Counted from the stretch's first letter, positions 10,331-20,616 are shown. The stretch is DNA of 64,000 nt from Patescibacteria group bacterium (GCA_041660565.1 JBAZWC010000002.1:149520-213519); one strand, 5' to 3'. Numbers and translations: made by a program. The notes: generated by a model not told the origin, from the sequence alone.

Positions 10331-11176
10331 ATGTTAGTTCAACCGAAAATTTTAACCGTAATTATTGCTAGTCCGGACAGCGCTAAAACCTACACTACTA
10401 TTCGTAGTGTGCAACAAATGCGCTATCGTAATCACGAAATCGTTTGCACCGTTCCTTACGAGCGCGATTTATTGCGTCACAATTTATTACGTGATTTTAA
10501 TTGGTTACCGTTAATTACCGCCCCGCGCGCTTCACTAAGTACCCTGTTATCAATTGCAGTTGAGCGCGGCCGATATTCCAATGTCGATGCGGTCTGTTTT
10601 ATTCAATCGGGCTGCACGCCCGAACGTGAATTCCTAGCCGAGATGGCGGTACCTTTACGCACTCACACCAATATTGATTTATTTATGCCCTCCATGGTGC
10701 GCCCAGATGATAAGGGAATTGTTTTTGGCGCCACGCGTTTTGGCAAGTGGCCACATCAGATGAAATCGGTTATCGAAATACCCGAAGACGAATTAAACAT
10801 CGCCAACAGTCACTTCTTGGGGCATTCCGTGTTAGTGAGATTATCAACCTGCTTGAAAAATCAGTTTTCCGATATTAACGACGATCTAACGTTGTTATAC
10901 TGGACTGAAAAAATCATTAACAACAAGCACCAAACCATGGCCATTTCATCAATCAAAATATTTTTTGATGGCGTCATTTTTCCCGATCTTTCCAGCGCGC
11001 TGGTTGTGCCTAAGGGGTGGTATAAGGATATGGAGCGCTATATTCAAATATACGGCTCGTGGTATGATAAAGTAGGTTTTGTGTTGCGATATCGTTGGCG
11101 CCGCGAGGGCAGTCTGTTCTCACGGCTGGTTGATAGCTGGTGGCAAAACCAAGCAGCATACAAGCGCGAATTTTAA
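10331..11176 (+). CDS. Degenerate GT2-fold protein
   Basis: GT2-like layout (LTVIIAS, YRNHEIV, DAVCFIQSGCTPEREFL), but the DxD motif is replaced. Confidence 0.55.
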   Translation: MLVQPKILTVIIASPDSAKTYTTIRSVQQMRYRNHEIVCTVPYERDLLRHNLLRDFNWLPLITAPRASLSTLLSIAVERGRYSNVDAVCFIQSGCTPEREFLAEMAVPLRTHTNIDLFMPSMVRPDDKGIVFGATRFGKWPHQMKSVIEIPEDELNIANSHFLGHSVLVRLSTCLKNQFSDINDDLTLLYWTEKIINNKHQTMAISSIKIFFDGVIFPDLSSALVVPKGWYKDMERYIQIYGSWYDKVGFVLRYRWRREGSLFSRLVDSWWQNQAAYKREF

Positions 11177-11238
11177 ATTTTTAATTTTAAATTTTAAAAA
11201 ATTCCAATCAGCCCAATTTATCCAATTTGACCAATTGA
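11168..11238. repeat. Heptamer AT repeat followed by CCAAT nonamer repeat
   Basis: aattttaaatttttaattttaaattttaaa then ccaatcagc ccaatttat ccaatttga ccaattga. Confidence 0.7.
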
Positions 11239-11254
11239 CGAGCAAGGAAATTTT

Positions 11255-12667
11255 GTGAAAAAAATCTATCTGATTACTCTAACTTTACTACTAGCCACGG
11301 TCTCCGGCTTCTTCTTTGCCCACGATTTGGCCATTGTACCAGCGTTAATTTTGGGCGGGCTGGTTTTTATTTTCTTTTTGACAATTATCATTCCAAATCC
11401 CAAGTTTGGCTTACTGGCCTTAATTTTTGCCCTGCCATTTGAACGTATCCCCTCAATGGCTATCGGAGGCACTACCGTACGTATGAGCCAGATCATTCTG
11501 GGCGGTTTGATTATCACCGCCATTGCCCGACTAATTAAAAACCGGCACGCAAAAATTAAATTTTCTCCCTATTTTTATCCCTACATCCTATTTATCATCT
11601 CGATGCTATTATCATTTCAAAATATGGAGAACCTTGGTCGCGGTGTAATGGTGTTCACATTCATTTTATTCACTTCATTGACCATTTGGATTGTGCCATC
11701 CCTGCTAAAAACTTCAGCCGACTTAGATAAAGTGATTCGAGTATTGTTTATTGTTACAATTCTAATCTCGATATTCGGCTTATATCAATTTGCGGGCGAT
11801 ATGATCGGGCTACCAACATCACTTACCGGCTTACGCGAGCTATATACAAAAATTGTTTTTGGCTATCCACGCGTACAATCAACTGAGCTTGAGCCACTAT
11901 ATTTAGCCAACTTCTTGATCATCCCACTCACCCTTGCCTTTACCTTTGTGGTACGTCGCGCCAACTATTTTTCAGCTTGGATGAACTGGGGGGTGATCGG
12001 GTTTGCCGGGCTAGCGTTTATCTTAACCATCTCTCGTGGTGGATATTTAGGGTTGGCATTTAGCTTCTTACTAGTGATATTGGCCAGCGTGTTTGTCTTT
12101 TTGCGACCAAAATTAATCTTTGGTATTACCACCGGTTTGATCATTTTGAGCGTAGTTGCAGTTGTGGCGCTAAATGTTAGCGATATCGGGCAAAAGACTA
12201 TTGCCATTACTGAAAAGCACTTTTTTGAGGCAACACAGACCGCATCAACTCAATTTCGCTTTAACGCCTATAGCCAAGCGCTTGAAGCATTTAGCCAACA
12301 CCCTATTACCGGCGTCGGTATTGGCAATTTTGGCCCGTGGGTGGCAAACTATCCCGACAAATTGCCTGTTAGCGGTTGGGCAATTGTGAATAATCAGACT
12401 TTAGAATCTTTAGCGGAAACCGGCGTGGTCGGGTTGGCCGCATTGGTGATATTTATTTTGATATTATTGATACGGTCTGTTGCGGCATTTTTCCACGCTA
12501 CCGATCCAAAGCTACGCGCTGTGACGATAGGACTGTTCGCAGCGATGATTGGGGTATTAGTGCAATATCAGTTCTTTTCAACTCTTTATGTGATGCATAT
12601 TTGGGTTCTGACAGCACTCATGATTGCAGTTCAAAACATCATTTTAATTCCGGATAAATCAGAATGA
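11255..12667 (+). CDS. O-antigen ligase/Wzy_C family membrane protein
   Basis: R..ST..EP, LTISRGG, HPITGVGIGNF, LAETGVVG. Confidence 0.85.
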   Translation: MKKIYLITLTLLLATVSGFFFAHDLAIVPALILGGLVFIFFLTIIIPNPKFGLLALIFALPFERIPSMAIGGTTVRMSQIILGGLIITAIARLIKNRHAKIKFSPYFYPYILFIISMLLSFQNMENLGRGVMVFTFILFTSLTIWIVPSLLKTSADLDKVIRVLFIVTILISIFGLYQFAGDMIGLPTSLTGLRELYTKIVFGYPRVQSTELEPLYLANFLIIPLTLAFTFVVRRANYFSAWMNWGVIGFAGLAFILTISRGGYLGLAFSFLLVILASVFVFLRPKLIFGITTGLIILSVVAVVALNVSDIGQKTIAITEKHFFEATQTASTQFRFNAYSQALEAFSQHPITGVGIGNFGPWVANYPDKLPVSGWAIVNNQTLESLAETGVVGLAALVIFILILLIRSVAAFFHATDPKLRAVTIGLFAAMIGVLVQYQFFSTLYVMHIWVLTALMIAVQNIILIPDKSE

Positions 12668-13908
12668 AAATTTCAAATTTAGTCGCCATTCTTCCTGGTC
12701 TAACCATCTTATATCTGATCAAGCTGACAATTTTCGGTTTACCTACCAATTGGTGGGAGATTTTGGTTTATCTGTGCGCGTTCGTCTTTCTCTTTATCAA
12801 AAAATCGACTCGACTTAAAAAATCCGAGATTGCATCAATTGCACTTATTACGCTCATAACACTTATCGCCACCTATACTTCGCCCGAGAAACGAGAGGCG
12901 CTGGGCATAATTAAAGGCTGGATTGTCCCGGCAATTTTGCTTTACTGGATGCTTAAAAACGCCTGGGCTGATCCAAAGAATATCACGCTGACTATAAAAG
13001 CGATGGTTTACCAAGGCATTTTAGTGGCGCTAGTTGCCATTTTGCAAACTATCCCCGCTATCTCCAACTGGTGGATTACTCGCGCTCCAGATTTAGCCCA
13101 ATATCTAAACACCGGGCGATACACTAGCATTTTTAACTCGCCCAATTCGGCGGCAATGATTTTAGCCCCAGCGTTAATTTTAGCTCTATATTGTCATTTC
13201 GACCCGGGGAGCTGGCTCGAGCGACCACGTTGGCCTCTGGCTCTACTAGCCGATAGGCTCGGAGAGAGAAATCTTAAGAAAGAATCCCTTCCTCTGCTTG
13301 CATCGCTAGTCATAATTATCGGATTGGTCCTAACCCATTCCCGCGGTGGCATCGTCGCGGCCATAATCGGGATTGCTCTACTAGCGCTCAGTCGATTCGA
13401 TAAAATCAGCCGAGCGTGGGCAGTGGTGATTGCCGCCTTGTCGTTACTTATTTTTAACCCCATTATTTTATCACTGTCGGCCTTAAACGACCCTAACCAC
13501 AGCGACATTCGCATTTTAATTTGGCAAAAAAGCTGGCAGATGGTGAGTCAGCACCCAATTTGGGGTATCGGGCTAGGCCATTTTCATCAAGCTTTCGCCT
13601 CCTTCACCCTACATCAGCCTAACTTTGACGAATTTATTACACCTTATGCTCTTCACCCTCATAACGTGATTTTATACGTTTGGTTGAGCTTCGGGATAAT
13701 TGGGTTAATTGGACTAATTGGGTTGATTGGAGCTTCGGTTCGAGCGTTTTTACGAGACAAATCACCGTTACGCGCGTTAGGTTTTGCCTTGCTAGTAGTG
13801 ATGCTGACTCAGGGTATGGTAGATACTACAATTTTTAAAAACGATCTGATAATTTGGTTTATTATTGCGGTTTTATTAACATTCAGACAGTCGGAAAACA
13901 CAAAATGA
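12664..13908 (+). CDS. O-antigen ligase/Wzy_C family membrane protein (carries an in-frame repeat insertion)
   Basis: R..SIFNSPN, LTHSRGG, HPIWGIGLG, HPHN, FKNDL. Confidence 0.85.
   Translation: MKISNLVAILPGLTILYLIKLTIFGLPTNWWEILVYLCAFVFLFIKKSTRLKKSEIASIALITLITLIATYTSPEKREALGIIKGWIVPAILLYWMLKNAWADPKNITLTIKAMVYQGILVALVAILQTIPAISNWWITRAPDLAQYLNTGRYTSIFNSPNSAAMILAPALILALYCHFDPGSWLERPRWPLALLADRLGERNLKKESLPLLASLVIIIGLVLTHSRGGIVAAIIGIALLALSRFDKISRAWAVVIAALSLLIFNPIILSLSALNDPNHSDIRILIWQKSWQMVSQHPIWGIGLGHFHQAFASFTLHQPNFDEFITPYALHPHNVILYVWLSFGIIGLIGLIGLIGASVRAFLRDKSPLRALGFALLVVMLTQGMVDTTIFKNDLIIWFIIAVLLTFRQSENTK
13192..13275 (+). mobile_element. TGTCATTTCGAC...GAGAAATCT palindromic (MITE/REP-like) element, in-frame inside a CDS
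   Basis: Ends match the intergenic copy at 49051-49095; encodes 28 aa CHFDPGSW...GERNL. Confidence 0.65.
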
Positions 13909-14891
13909 CAACAATCGGAATTGATACATTATTGCTCGGGAGTTCCGAGCTTAATGATTATTTTATCTATGGCTTTTTAAATCAACTCGTCAAAAGTAAC
14001 GCCGAGCTTGTTTTTATTATTTTAATTCCCAAGAAACAAGAAAAACGGTGGACAAGCACCGACAAAATTAAATTCGTACCGATTGACCCAGAAGTTAAGA
14101 TTTTTAAAAAAGAGATTACACGATATAGAAAAGATCCCGCCATCTCACTATGGTTGTGTCTAAACGGCCAGGTTAGGTTTGATGGCCGCAAATCGATCTT
14201 ATTTTTAGATCAGCTTCCCGTAATTAAACCACCCGTAGTCAAACATATTATCGCCACTTCGGTTCAACTTAAACGACAGCTAGTGCAAAAATTTCATCTT
14301 GAAGCAAGCCGGATATCGGTTATCTATCCGGGTGTTAACCCACTCTCAGCTAATCCCGAACCAAATCAAATTACCGTCGTTAGCGGCGGATCGGCAAACG
14401 AACTAATAAATGTGGTTGATATTGTGGCAACGTCGGCACTAAAGCACCGCACCAGACATTTTAATTTATTGGTAAACGAGGCGCGAGTTTTAACCACTCG
14501 TGCCAAAGTAGATGCGCGACGCGTTGGAAACATCTCGGTATTGCCAAATCGACCGGATCAATTAGAATCAACTCTGTCGTACACTCAATTTGTGATTGCC
14601 GATCACCTAAAGCCGGATACGCTACCATTAGCCCTGATTGTTTTGTCGTTCGGTATTCCCACTTTATGCGACAAAAACAGTTTTAATTTAGAAATTTTTG
14701 AGGATGGCGCATTATACTGCAACACCGCAGACACGGTAGAGATGGTGGACCAAATTAGCCATACCATTAAACAGACCGGCTTGCGCCAAATTTTATCCGA
14801 AAAAGCCGCGGAACAAAAAAAACGGTTTACTTGGGATGGCTGTGTCGATGCGGTCATTAATCTTATTCGCAATCAAATTTCTAATGACTAA
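13905..14891 (+). CDS. Degenerate GT4-fold protein
   Basis: MTTIGID start overlapping the upstream stop (ATGA); RISVIYPGV, GIPTL, FTWD; the ExxxxxxxE motif is absent. Confidence 0.6.
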   Translation: MTTIGIDTLLLGSSELNDYFIYGFLNQLVKSNAELVFIILIPKKQEKRWTSTDKIKFVPIDPEVKIFKKEITRYRKDPAISLWLCLNGQVRFDGRKSILFLDQLPVIKPPVVKHIIATSVQLKRQLVQKFHLEASRISVIYPGVNPLSANPEPNQITVVSGGSANELINVVDIVATSALKHRTRHFNLLVNEARVLTTRAKVDARRVGNISVLPNRPDQLESTLSYTQFVIADHLKPDTLPLALIVLSFGIPTLCDKNSFNLEIFEDGALYCNTADTVEMVDQISHTIKQTGLRQILSEKAAEQKKRFTWDGCVDAVINLIRNQISND

Positions 14892-14897
14892 TGCCTA

Positions 14898-16379
14898 ATG
14901 TCTAATCAATTTCTAATTTTAAAATTTCTAAGCCGTTTCAATATTCGGATTTCGAATTTCAATCGACATTCGTTATTAGTTATTCGTCATTGTTTGTCGT
15001 GGTTCAAGCAAAATTGGCATTGGGTGGCTCTGACGGCGATTATTGTTCTAGGCGCATTTTTAAGATTTTATTTGCTCTATTCCGGAATGCATTTTGATGT
15101 AGACGAAGCAAATCATGTTAAATCCGTCTACGGTATATGGACAAATCATCAGCTGCTAACCCAGGGGCCACCAACATCCAGCGGTCTGGGATTATATCAC
15201 GGCGCATATTACTATTATTTGTTACTAATCCCAGCTGTCATTGGAGAAGGCAACCCGTTAGCGGTCGTTACTTTCTGCGCTTTGTTGAGTACCTTAGCCG
15301 TATTTTTCATCGGCAGTGCGGTGATGAAACAGTATGGGAAGCTACCGGGGATCTTGGCGGCACTGTTGATGGCGGCGTCATTCGACCTAGTCCAATACGG
15401 ACGATGGATCTGGAATCCAAATTTAATCCCGTTTTTTATGGCGTTATCTCTTTTTGCCCTGGTAAAAACTAGCCCAAAACGCCCCAAATACCTAATACTG
15501 TTCTCGTTCGCACTAAGCAGTATTACTCAACTGCACCTGGGCGGCTTTGTGTTTGTACCAATTTATCTACTATTAATTCCATTTCTGATTAGAGTGGTTA
15601 AGAATAAGCGCATTTGGGCAATCAGTATTCTGGCATTCATTATCCCGTGGACGCCTACCATCTATTACGAAACCACCCACAACTTTGAGATGTTTCGAGG
15701 AATTATCTCCTTGCTTTCGGCGCAATCTAATATATCGTTTTGGCAACATCTAACCACCGGCTATAACTATATGTTATTTATGTTTGACCGAACGCTGCAT
15801 CTACCCGAAATCACCCGCTCGATATTTATTTATTCCGGAATTGCAGCTCTGTTACTACAGCTTAAAAACTGGCGCCATGCCGAATCGGTTTTACTGCCCA
15901 TTTATTTATTAATTTCGCTAATTTTTACCTTTTTGATCGTTTCTTTCTACCCGGATTATTTGTACGTTCATTTGGCCGAACAGTTGTTTGTGATTTATAT
16001 CGTGCTAGTCGTATTTATTTTGCAAATATTATTTATGCATAATGAGACCATTATCGTTTCGCTACTGATTTTGGGATTCTTTTTGCAACAAAATCTGACC
16101 CTGTTTCAAGATAAGATTGTAAACGGCAGCCATCAATACGAAATAATCGATAAAGCGTGCCGATCGTTAAAAGATCAGCATTTAGACAACGTTGAGATGA
16201 TGGTTAATAATCAGAAAAATCCGGTTTATCTAACGTACGTTTGTTTAAACCAATACGGCGTTCACACCGGTAGTAAATTCACCCTCACACTGTCACCGGA
16301 TCAAGCAAAAGGACTGGGGCGCCCGATTGAACAATATATGTTCAATAATAAGGTGATAGACCCGAGCATTAAAAATTAG
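14898..16379 (+). CDS. ArnT/PMT-like (GT39/GT83-type) glycosyltransferase
   Basis: LRFY, FDVDEA, GPPTS, GAYYYY, RWIWNPN, QLH; the N-terminus is repeat-derived. Confidence 0.8.
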   Translation: MSNQFLILKFLSRFNIRISNFNRHSLLVIRHCLSWFKQNWHWVALTAIIVLGAFLRFYLLYSGMHFDVDEANHVKSVYGIWTNHQLLTQGPPTSSGLGLYHGAYYYYLLLIPAVIGEGNPLAVVTFCALLSTLAVFFIGSAVMKQYGKLPGILAALLMAASFDLVQYGRWIWNPNLIPFFMALSLFALVKTSPKRPKYLILFSFALSSITQLHLGGFVFVPIYLLLIPFLIRVVKNKRIWAISILAFIIPWTPTIYYETTHNFEMFRGIISLLSAQSNISFWQHLTTGYNYMLFMFDRTLHLPEITRSIFIYSGIAALLLQLKNWRHAESVLLPIYLLISLIFTFLIVSFYPDYLYVHLAEQLFVIYIVLVVFILQILFMHNETIIVSLLILGFFLQQNLTLFQDKIVNGSHQYEIIDKACRSLKDQHLDNVEMMVNNQKNPVYLTYVCLNQYGVHTGSKFTLTLSPDQAKGLGRPIEQYMFNNKVIDPSIKN

Positions 16380-16783
16380 TGCGAAAACGTCCAGGTTCGA
16401 TTAGCAAAAAAGTTCCAGAACATCGCCACAGCCGTAGCGGTGGCAAGCCCGTATATTGTGTCCAAATTGAGCATTTGCGGGGAAGTGATAATAAAAAATA
16501 TCGAGTTGTTTATCACTAAGCCAACCAATGCGACCAATAAAAATTTGAGCGCCTCACGCCGAATTTGCGGATTAGTCGACCTAAATGTCCAACTTCGATT
16601 CATCGCATAGCTTGAAGATGCCGAGAATACGAACGACATCGCTTTAGCAATTTGAGCGCCAACCTGACCGGCTGGCCTGAGTGACAAGTGAAAAACATAA
16701 AAAAGCGCCCAATCTAGGGCGGTATTAATTGCCCCAACTATCGCAAATTTAACAAATTGTCTAACGGCTGGCTTGTCTCTCAT
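16376..16783 (-). CDS. GtrA family flippase-like protein
   Basis: QFVKFAIVGAINT, NRSWTF, WNFFANRTWTF. Confidence 0.9.
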   Translation of the reverse strand: MRDKPAVRQFVKFAIVGAINTALDWALFYVFHLSLRPAGQVGAQIAKAMSFVFSASSSYAMNRSWTFRSTNPQIRREALKFLLVALVGLVINNSIFFIITSPQMLNLDTIYGLATATAVAMFWNFFANRTWTFSH

Positions 16784-16831
16784 TAAAATCCTTCATTTGA
16801 ACAGATCAATCATAACTGATATTATGCGTTT

Positions 16832-17554
16832 ATGGAAGAAAAGAAACCTCAATACAAGACATTATCAATCGTCATTCCGGCATACAACGAAGCCGCTACC
16901 ATTGAGCAACTGATTGATCGGGTCAAAAAAGCCAAATGTTTCGGGATGCAAAAACAGATTATTGTAGTTAACGATTGTTCTAAAGACAAGACCAAGGACG
17001 TGGTGGCTAAAATCGCCGACATCAAATTAATCAATCAAAAAGTCAACGGCGGTAAGGGAAAAGCGTTAAAAACAGGTTTTGAAGCCGCGGACGGCGACAT
17101 TATTATGATTCAAGACGCCGATTTGGAATACAATCCAGATGAATACGAAATTTTACTTGATCCCATTCTGCATGGCACCGCAGATGTAGTTTATGGTTCG
17201 CGTTTTATGGGTGATCACCCTCACCGCGTCCTTTACTATTGGCACAGCGTTGGTAACAGTTTTATTACCTGGCTTTCCAATATGATGACCAACTTAAACA
17301 TCTCCGATATGGAAACCTGCTATAAAGTGTTTAAAAAAGATGTATTAAAACAAATTGTACCTAAATTGACCTCTCCACGTTTTGGGTTTGAGCCCGAGGT
17401 AACCGCCCGTATTGCCCACCTAAAACCGCGAGTTCAAATTTATGAGGTTGGTATTTCTTATGCGGGCCGCACCTACGAAGAAGGTAAAAAAATCAACTGG
17501 AAAGACGGCTTCGAAGCGATCTATTCGATTATCAAATTTAATCTGTTTCGATAG
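16832..17554 (+). CDS. GT2 DPM1-like glycosyltransferase
   Basis: IPAYNE, QDADLEY, VVYGSRF, DMETCYK, EGKKINWKDG. Confidence 0.92.
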   Translation: MEEKKPQYKTLSIVIPAYNEAATIEQLIDRVKKAKCFGMQKQIIVVNDCSKDKTKDVVAKIADIKLINQKVNGGKGKALKTGFEAADGDIIMIQDADLEYNPDEYEILLDPILHGTADVVYGSRFMGDHPHRVLYYWHSVGNSFITWLSNMMTNLNISDMETCYKVFKKDVLKQIVPKLTSPRFGFEPEVTARIAHLKPRVQIYEVGISYAGRTYEEGKKINWKDGFEAIYSIIKFNLFR

Positions 17555-17568
17555 CCAGGCTAATAAAT

Positions 17569-19479
17569 ATGACAGGCGACCAATTTCTGATAATTTCTGG
17601 CTATTTTTTGATCGTATTTATCGCCGCATTTTGTTTGGGCACTTTGGCTGCTCAATTTATCCGATATGTTCTCAAGCGATTCAAAATCAACCTAAACTCA
17701 GACGATTCACCCACTTTTTACGGCGTGAATTTAATGGTCGGAATGGGGCTGCTCAGTAATTTATGGTTGGTTTTGGGGTTGTTGGGCTGGTTCACTCGGC
17801 CGGTAATTTTATCTAGCCTAATTTTAGTCGTATTTTTGTTTATTGGCATTTACTGGAAACGAATTCCCAGGCGCTTCACCATCAAACCAGTCGATCTTCG
17901 TCATCTTTCATACATTCACCTAGTCCTAATTGGCATTGCAACTTACTTTTTACTAACGTTTTATGCTGCCGCCATGCTACCTCCGCACTTATGGGACGAG
18001 CTCTCTTATCACTTGCCTGAAGCCGGTAACATCGTGCAACATCATCGCATATTCCCTCATTTTGAGGCGTATCTGTTTTTCGGCAACATCCCCAAATTAA
18101 TGGAGGTTTTATACGCCGGCGCAATTTCGTTAAGCGGCACTACGGCGGTTGGAGCGTTGGCGCATTTGATGCATTTCACCGTGATTTTAGGATTGTTAAT
18201 GTTGGTGTACCAATGGCTTCGCCATAGATTTGGCACCAGAACGGCGGCAATTGGCTTGATAATGCTCGTTCTGTGCGATCAACTGATGCAAAATGGGATT
18301 ATCGGATATATCGACGCCGCAACCGCCGCATTTGAAGTGGCGGCTGTAATTATGGCAATTGAGTGGATAATTAGCAAAAACACTTACGCACTATCACTAT
18401 CGATGCTGTTAATTGGTTTTGGATTAGCATCTAAATACTCCGCGTCTCCTTCCTTTTTGGCTGTTTTGGCATTGTTAGCTGGAGGACTATTTAGATTTAA
18501 ACTACCCCAAGTACAAATTAAAAAACTGGCAGTCTGGTTAATATTATTGTTCGTATTTGCGTGCGGTTATTGGTATATCAAAAACATCTATTTTTATGGC
18601 AATCCGTTTTATCCGTTATATTTTGGCCACCGCTTTATTAGTGATTCGGAATACCTCGAGATACTGGCTTCGGTGCGACAAATAAGCGACCGCAGCTTAT
18701 CCGGAATTATCGAGATTGTGACTAATTTTCTGACCCCGGCCAACTTTAACGTATTTTGGGCCATTATTTTATTTCCAATTGCCTTATTGGTGCGCAAATC
18801 TCGATCAATTACTGCCATTTTAGTAGTGTACGCAGCCAGCTATTTTGCATACTGGTATTTCTTTGCCTCACGCCAAGATCGATTTATGATCGCCGCAATC
18901 GTGGCCGCCACCATTTTGATTGCGATATTACTTGGCTCAATTCGTTATCGATGGTCAATTCCGATAGTGGCAGTTTTTCTGATAATGTCGTATTTCTTAA
19001 TCAATCACCACGCCAATGGAGTGGTAGAATACCGCAAAGCGTTAAAAGAAAAGCGAAACCAAGTTGGTGTACAATACGTTCTTGGCCAGGTCTCAACCAG
19101 ACAGTATATGAGTAGCTTATTTGGCTGCGCGTATCTCACTTTTGATGATATGAAAATTAATGGCTGGAACGGCAACGTAATTGATAACTGGACGGTCTGG
19201 CACGACCCAAACGTCGGTTTCTTCGCCACCAACATCGGGTTAGTTCAATTTAATGCCCCATTAGGCACTACCGACGCTCAATTAAATGAAATGGTGCACA
19301 AGCAAAGTCTCAAATTTTTGTACTTTAACCAAGGGACCAAAGAGCGATTTGCTCAAGAGACAAACACGGGAATGGTGGAATACCGCCAAGGCCGAGCAGA
19401 AGTGGAAGCTAGATTGCTGCAAAACGCCACACTGATTAGTCAGCAAGGGCCGTGCATGCTATACAAATTAAATTATTGA
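17569..19479 (+). CDS. GT-C multi-TM glycosyltransferase (paralog of 3297..5147)
   Basis: WDELSYHLPEA, GYID, SKYS, WYIKN..YGNPFYP, QDRF. Confidence 0.75.
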   Translation: MTGDQFLIISGYFLIVFIAAFCLGTLAAQFIRYVLKRFKINLNSDDSPTFYGVNLMVGMGLLSNLWLVLGLLGWFTRPVILSSLILVVFLFIGIYWKRIPRRFTIKPVDLRHLSYIHLVLIGIATYFLLTFYAAAMLPPHLWDELSYHLPEAGNIVQHHRIFPHFEAYLFFGNIPKLMEVLYAGAISLSGTTAVGALAHLMHFTVILGLLMLVYQWLRHRFGTRTAAIGLIMLVLCDQLMQNGIIGYIDAATAAFEVAAVIMAIEWIISKNTYALSLSMLLIGFGLASKYSASPSFLAVLALLAGGLFRFKLPQVQIKKLAVWLILLFVFACGYWYIKNIYFYGNPFYPLYFGHRFISDSEYLEILASVRQISDRSLSGIIEIVTNFLTPANFNVFWAIILFPIALLVRKSRSITAILVVYAASYFAYWYFFASRQDRFMIAAIVAATILIAILLGSIRYRWSIPIVAVFLIMSYFLINHHANGVVEYRKALKEKRNQVGVQYVLGQVSTRQYMSSLFGCAYLTFDDMKINGWNGNVIDNWTVWHDPNVGFFATNIGLVQFNAPLGTTDAQLNEMVHKQSLKFLYFNQGTKERFAQETNTGMVEYRQGRAEVEARLLQNATLISQQGPCMLYKLNY

Positions 19480-19522
19480 TCGTAATTTTGCTTAAACGCC
19501 TAATTTAACCTAAAATAGAGTT

Positions 19523-20560
19523 ATGCTAAAAAAACTGTTAATCGCCGGTGTAGCCATCACCCTAATTGGGGTGATTGTTTTGGTCGTCCTAAATTATCGA
19601 AGTAAGAACAGTAGCTCATCCCAAACTCCGGTAGTGGTCAGCCCCATCGCCGCACCAACCGACTTTCACTGGGGGGCGCAACTTAGAGCATACAATTTGT
19701 CTACTTTTGATGCTGCTGAAGTACACCAATCAATTGCAGATCAAATTGCTTTGGCAAAAGAGCTAAAATTAACCGATATTCGAGCCAATATAGAAGCAAG
19801 CGACGTAGTTAACGATGACTTTGTGAATCAAACCATCGCCGCCGGTCTGAATCCGGTAGTAATTATTGAACCCAATTATTCTGTGGCCGGATTTAATCGC
19901 CAAAGCGCCTACGATTATGCCTATAAATACGCATTACGGTATAAGGGCAAGGTTCATTATTATCAACTAGCCAACGAAGCCAGCGGAGTTACACTCAAAC
20001 CGACTCATGGTGGCGATAAAACAGACGACTACGATGTTGCTAAATATCAAGCATTTAAAGAGCTACTACTTGGATTTAGCGAGGGTGTGTATGCCGCTGA
20101 TCCGGCTGCAAAGCGTATTATTAGCTCAAATTGGGTTGGGGTAGCGGTAATTGATAAGTTAATTACCGACCAAGTTAAATTCGAGGTGATTGGTTGGAAT
20201 TGGTACTCCAGTATGGGCAACGATTTAATCGTCAAAGCAAGCGGAAACACGCTGAATATTCCCGAATATCTTAAAAAATACGGCAAACCAATTTGGGTGG
20301 TTGAGTTGAACCGAACCGAGGGCACCCTAGACGGCAACTTGTCCGCTCAATCAGACTTTTTATATACGTTCATCAACAATACCCTTTCACATAACAATAT
20401 TAATGGGATCTTCGTTTACTTATTAACCGATCAATGTGCTGAACTGAGCAAGGGCGTCGGCAACATGGGTATTGTAAAGCTAATCAAATCCGGCACCACC
20501 TGCACTCTGGGTGACAAAAAGCCGGCATTTACAACCTACAAGAATATCATTAGTCAATAG
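19523..20560 (+). CDS. N-terminally anchored glycoside hydrolase, clan GH-A-like
   Basis: TM plus Ser/Pro linker; YYQLANE (acid/base) and KPIWVVE (nucleophile); KKPAF end. Confidence 0.7.
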   Translation: MLKKLLIAGVAITLIGVIVLVVLNYRSKNSSSSQTPVVVSPIAAPTDFHWGAQLRAYNLSTFDAAEVHQSIADQIALAKELKLTDIRANIEASDVVNDDFVNQTIAAGLNPVVIIEPNYSVAGFNRQSAYDYAYKYALRYKGKVHYYQLANEASGVTLKPTHGGDKTDDYDVAKYQAFKELLLGFSEGVYAADPAAKRIISSNWVGVAVIDKLITDQVKFEVIGWNWYSSMGNDLIVKASGNTLNIPEYLKKYGKPIWVVELNRTEGTLDGNLSAQSDFLYTFINNTLSHNNINGIFVYLLTDQCAELSKGVGNMGIVKLIKSGTTCTLGDKKPAFTTYKNIISQ

Positions 20561-20582
20561 ACTTTTTAAAGAACTTCCGATT

Positions 20583-20616
20583 GTTTAAAAATTTAAAATT
20601 TAAAATTTAAAATTTT
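20583..20616. repeat. TTTAAAA heptamer tandem repeat
   Basis: tttaaaaatttaaaatttaaaatttaaaattt. Confidence 0.8.
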
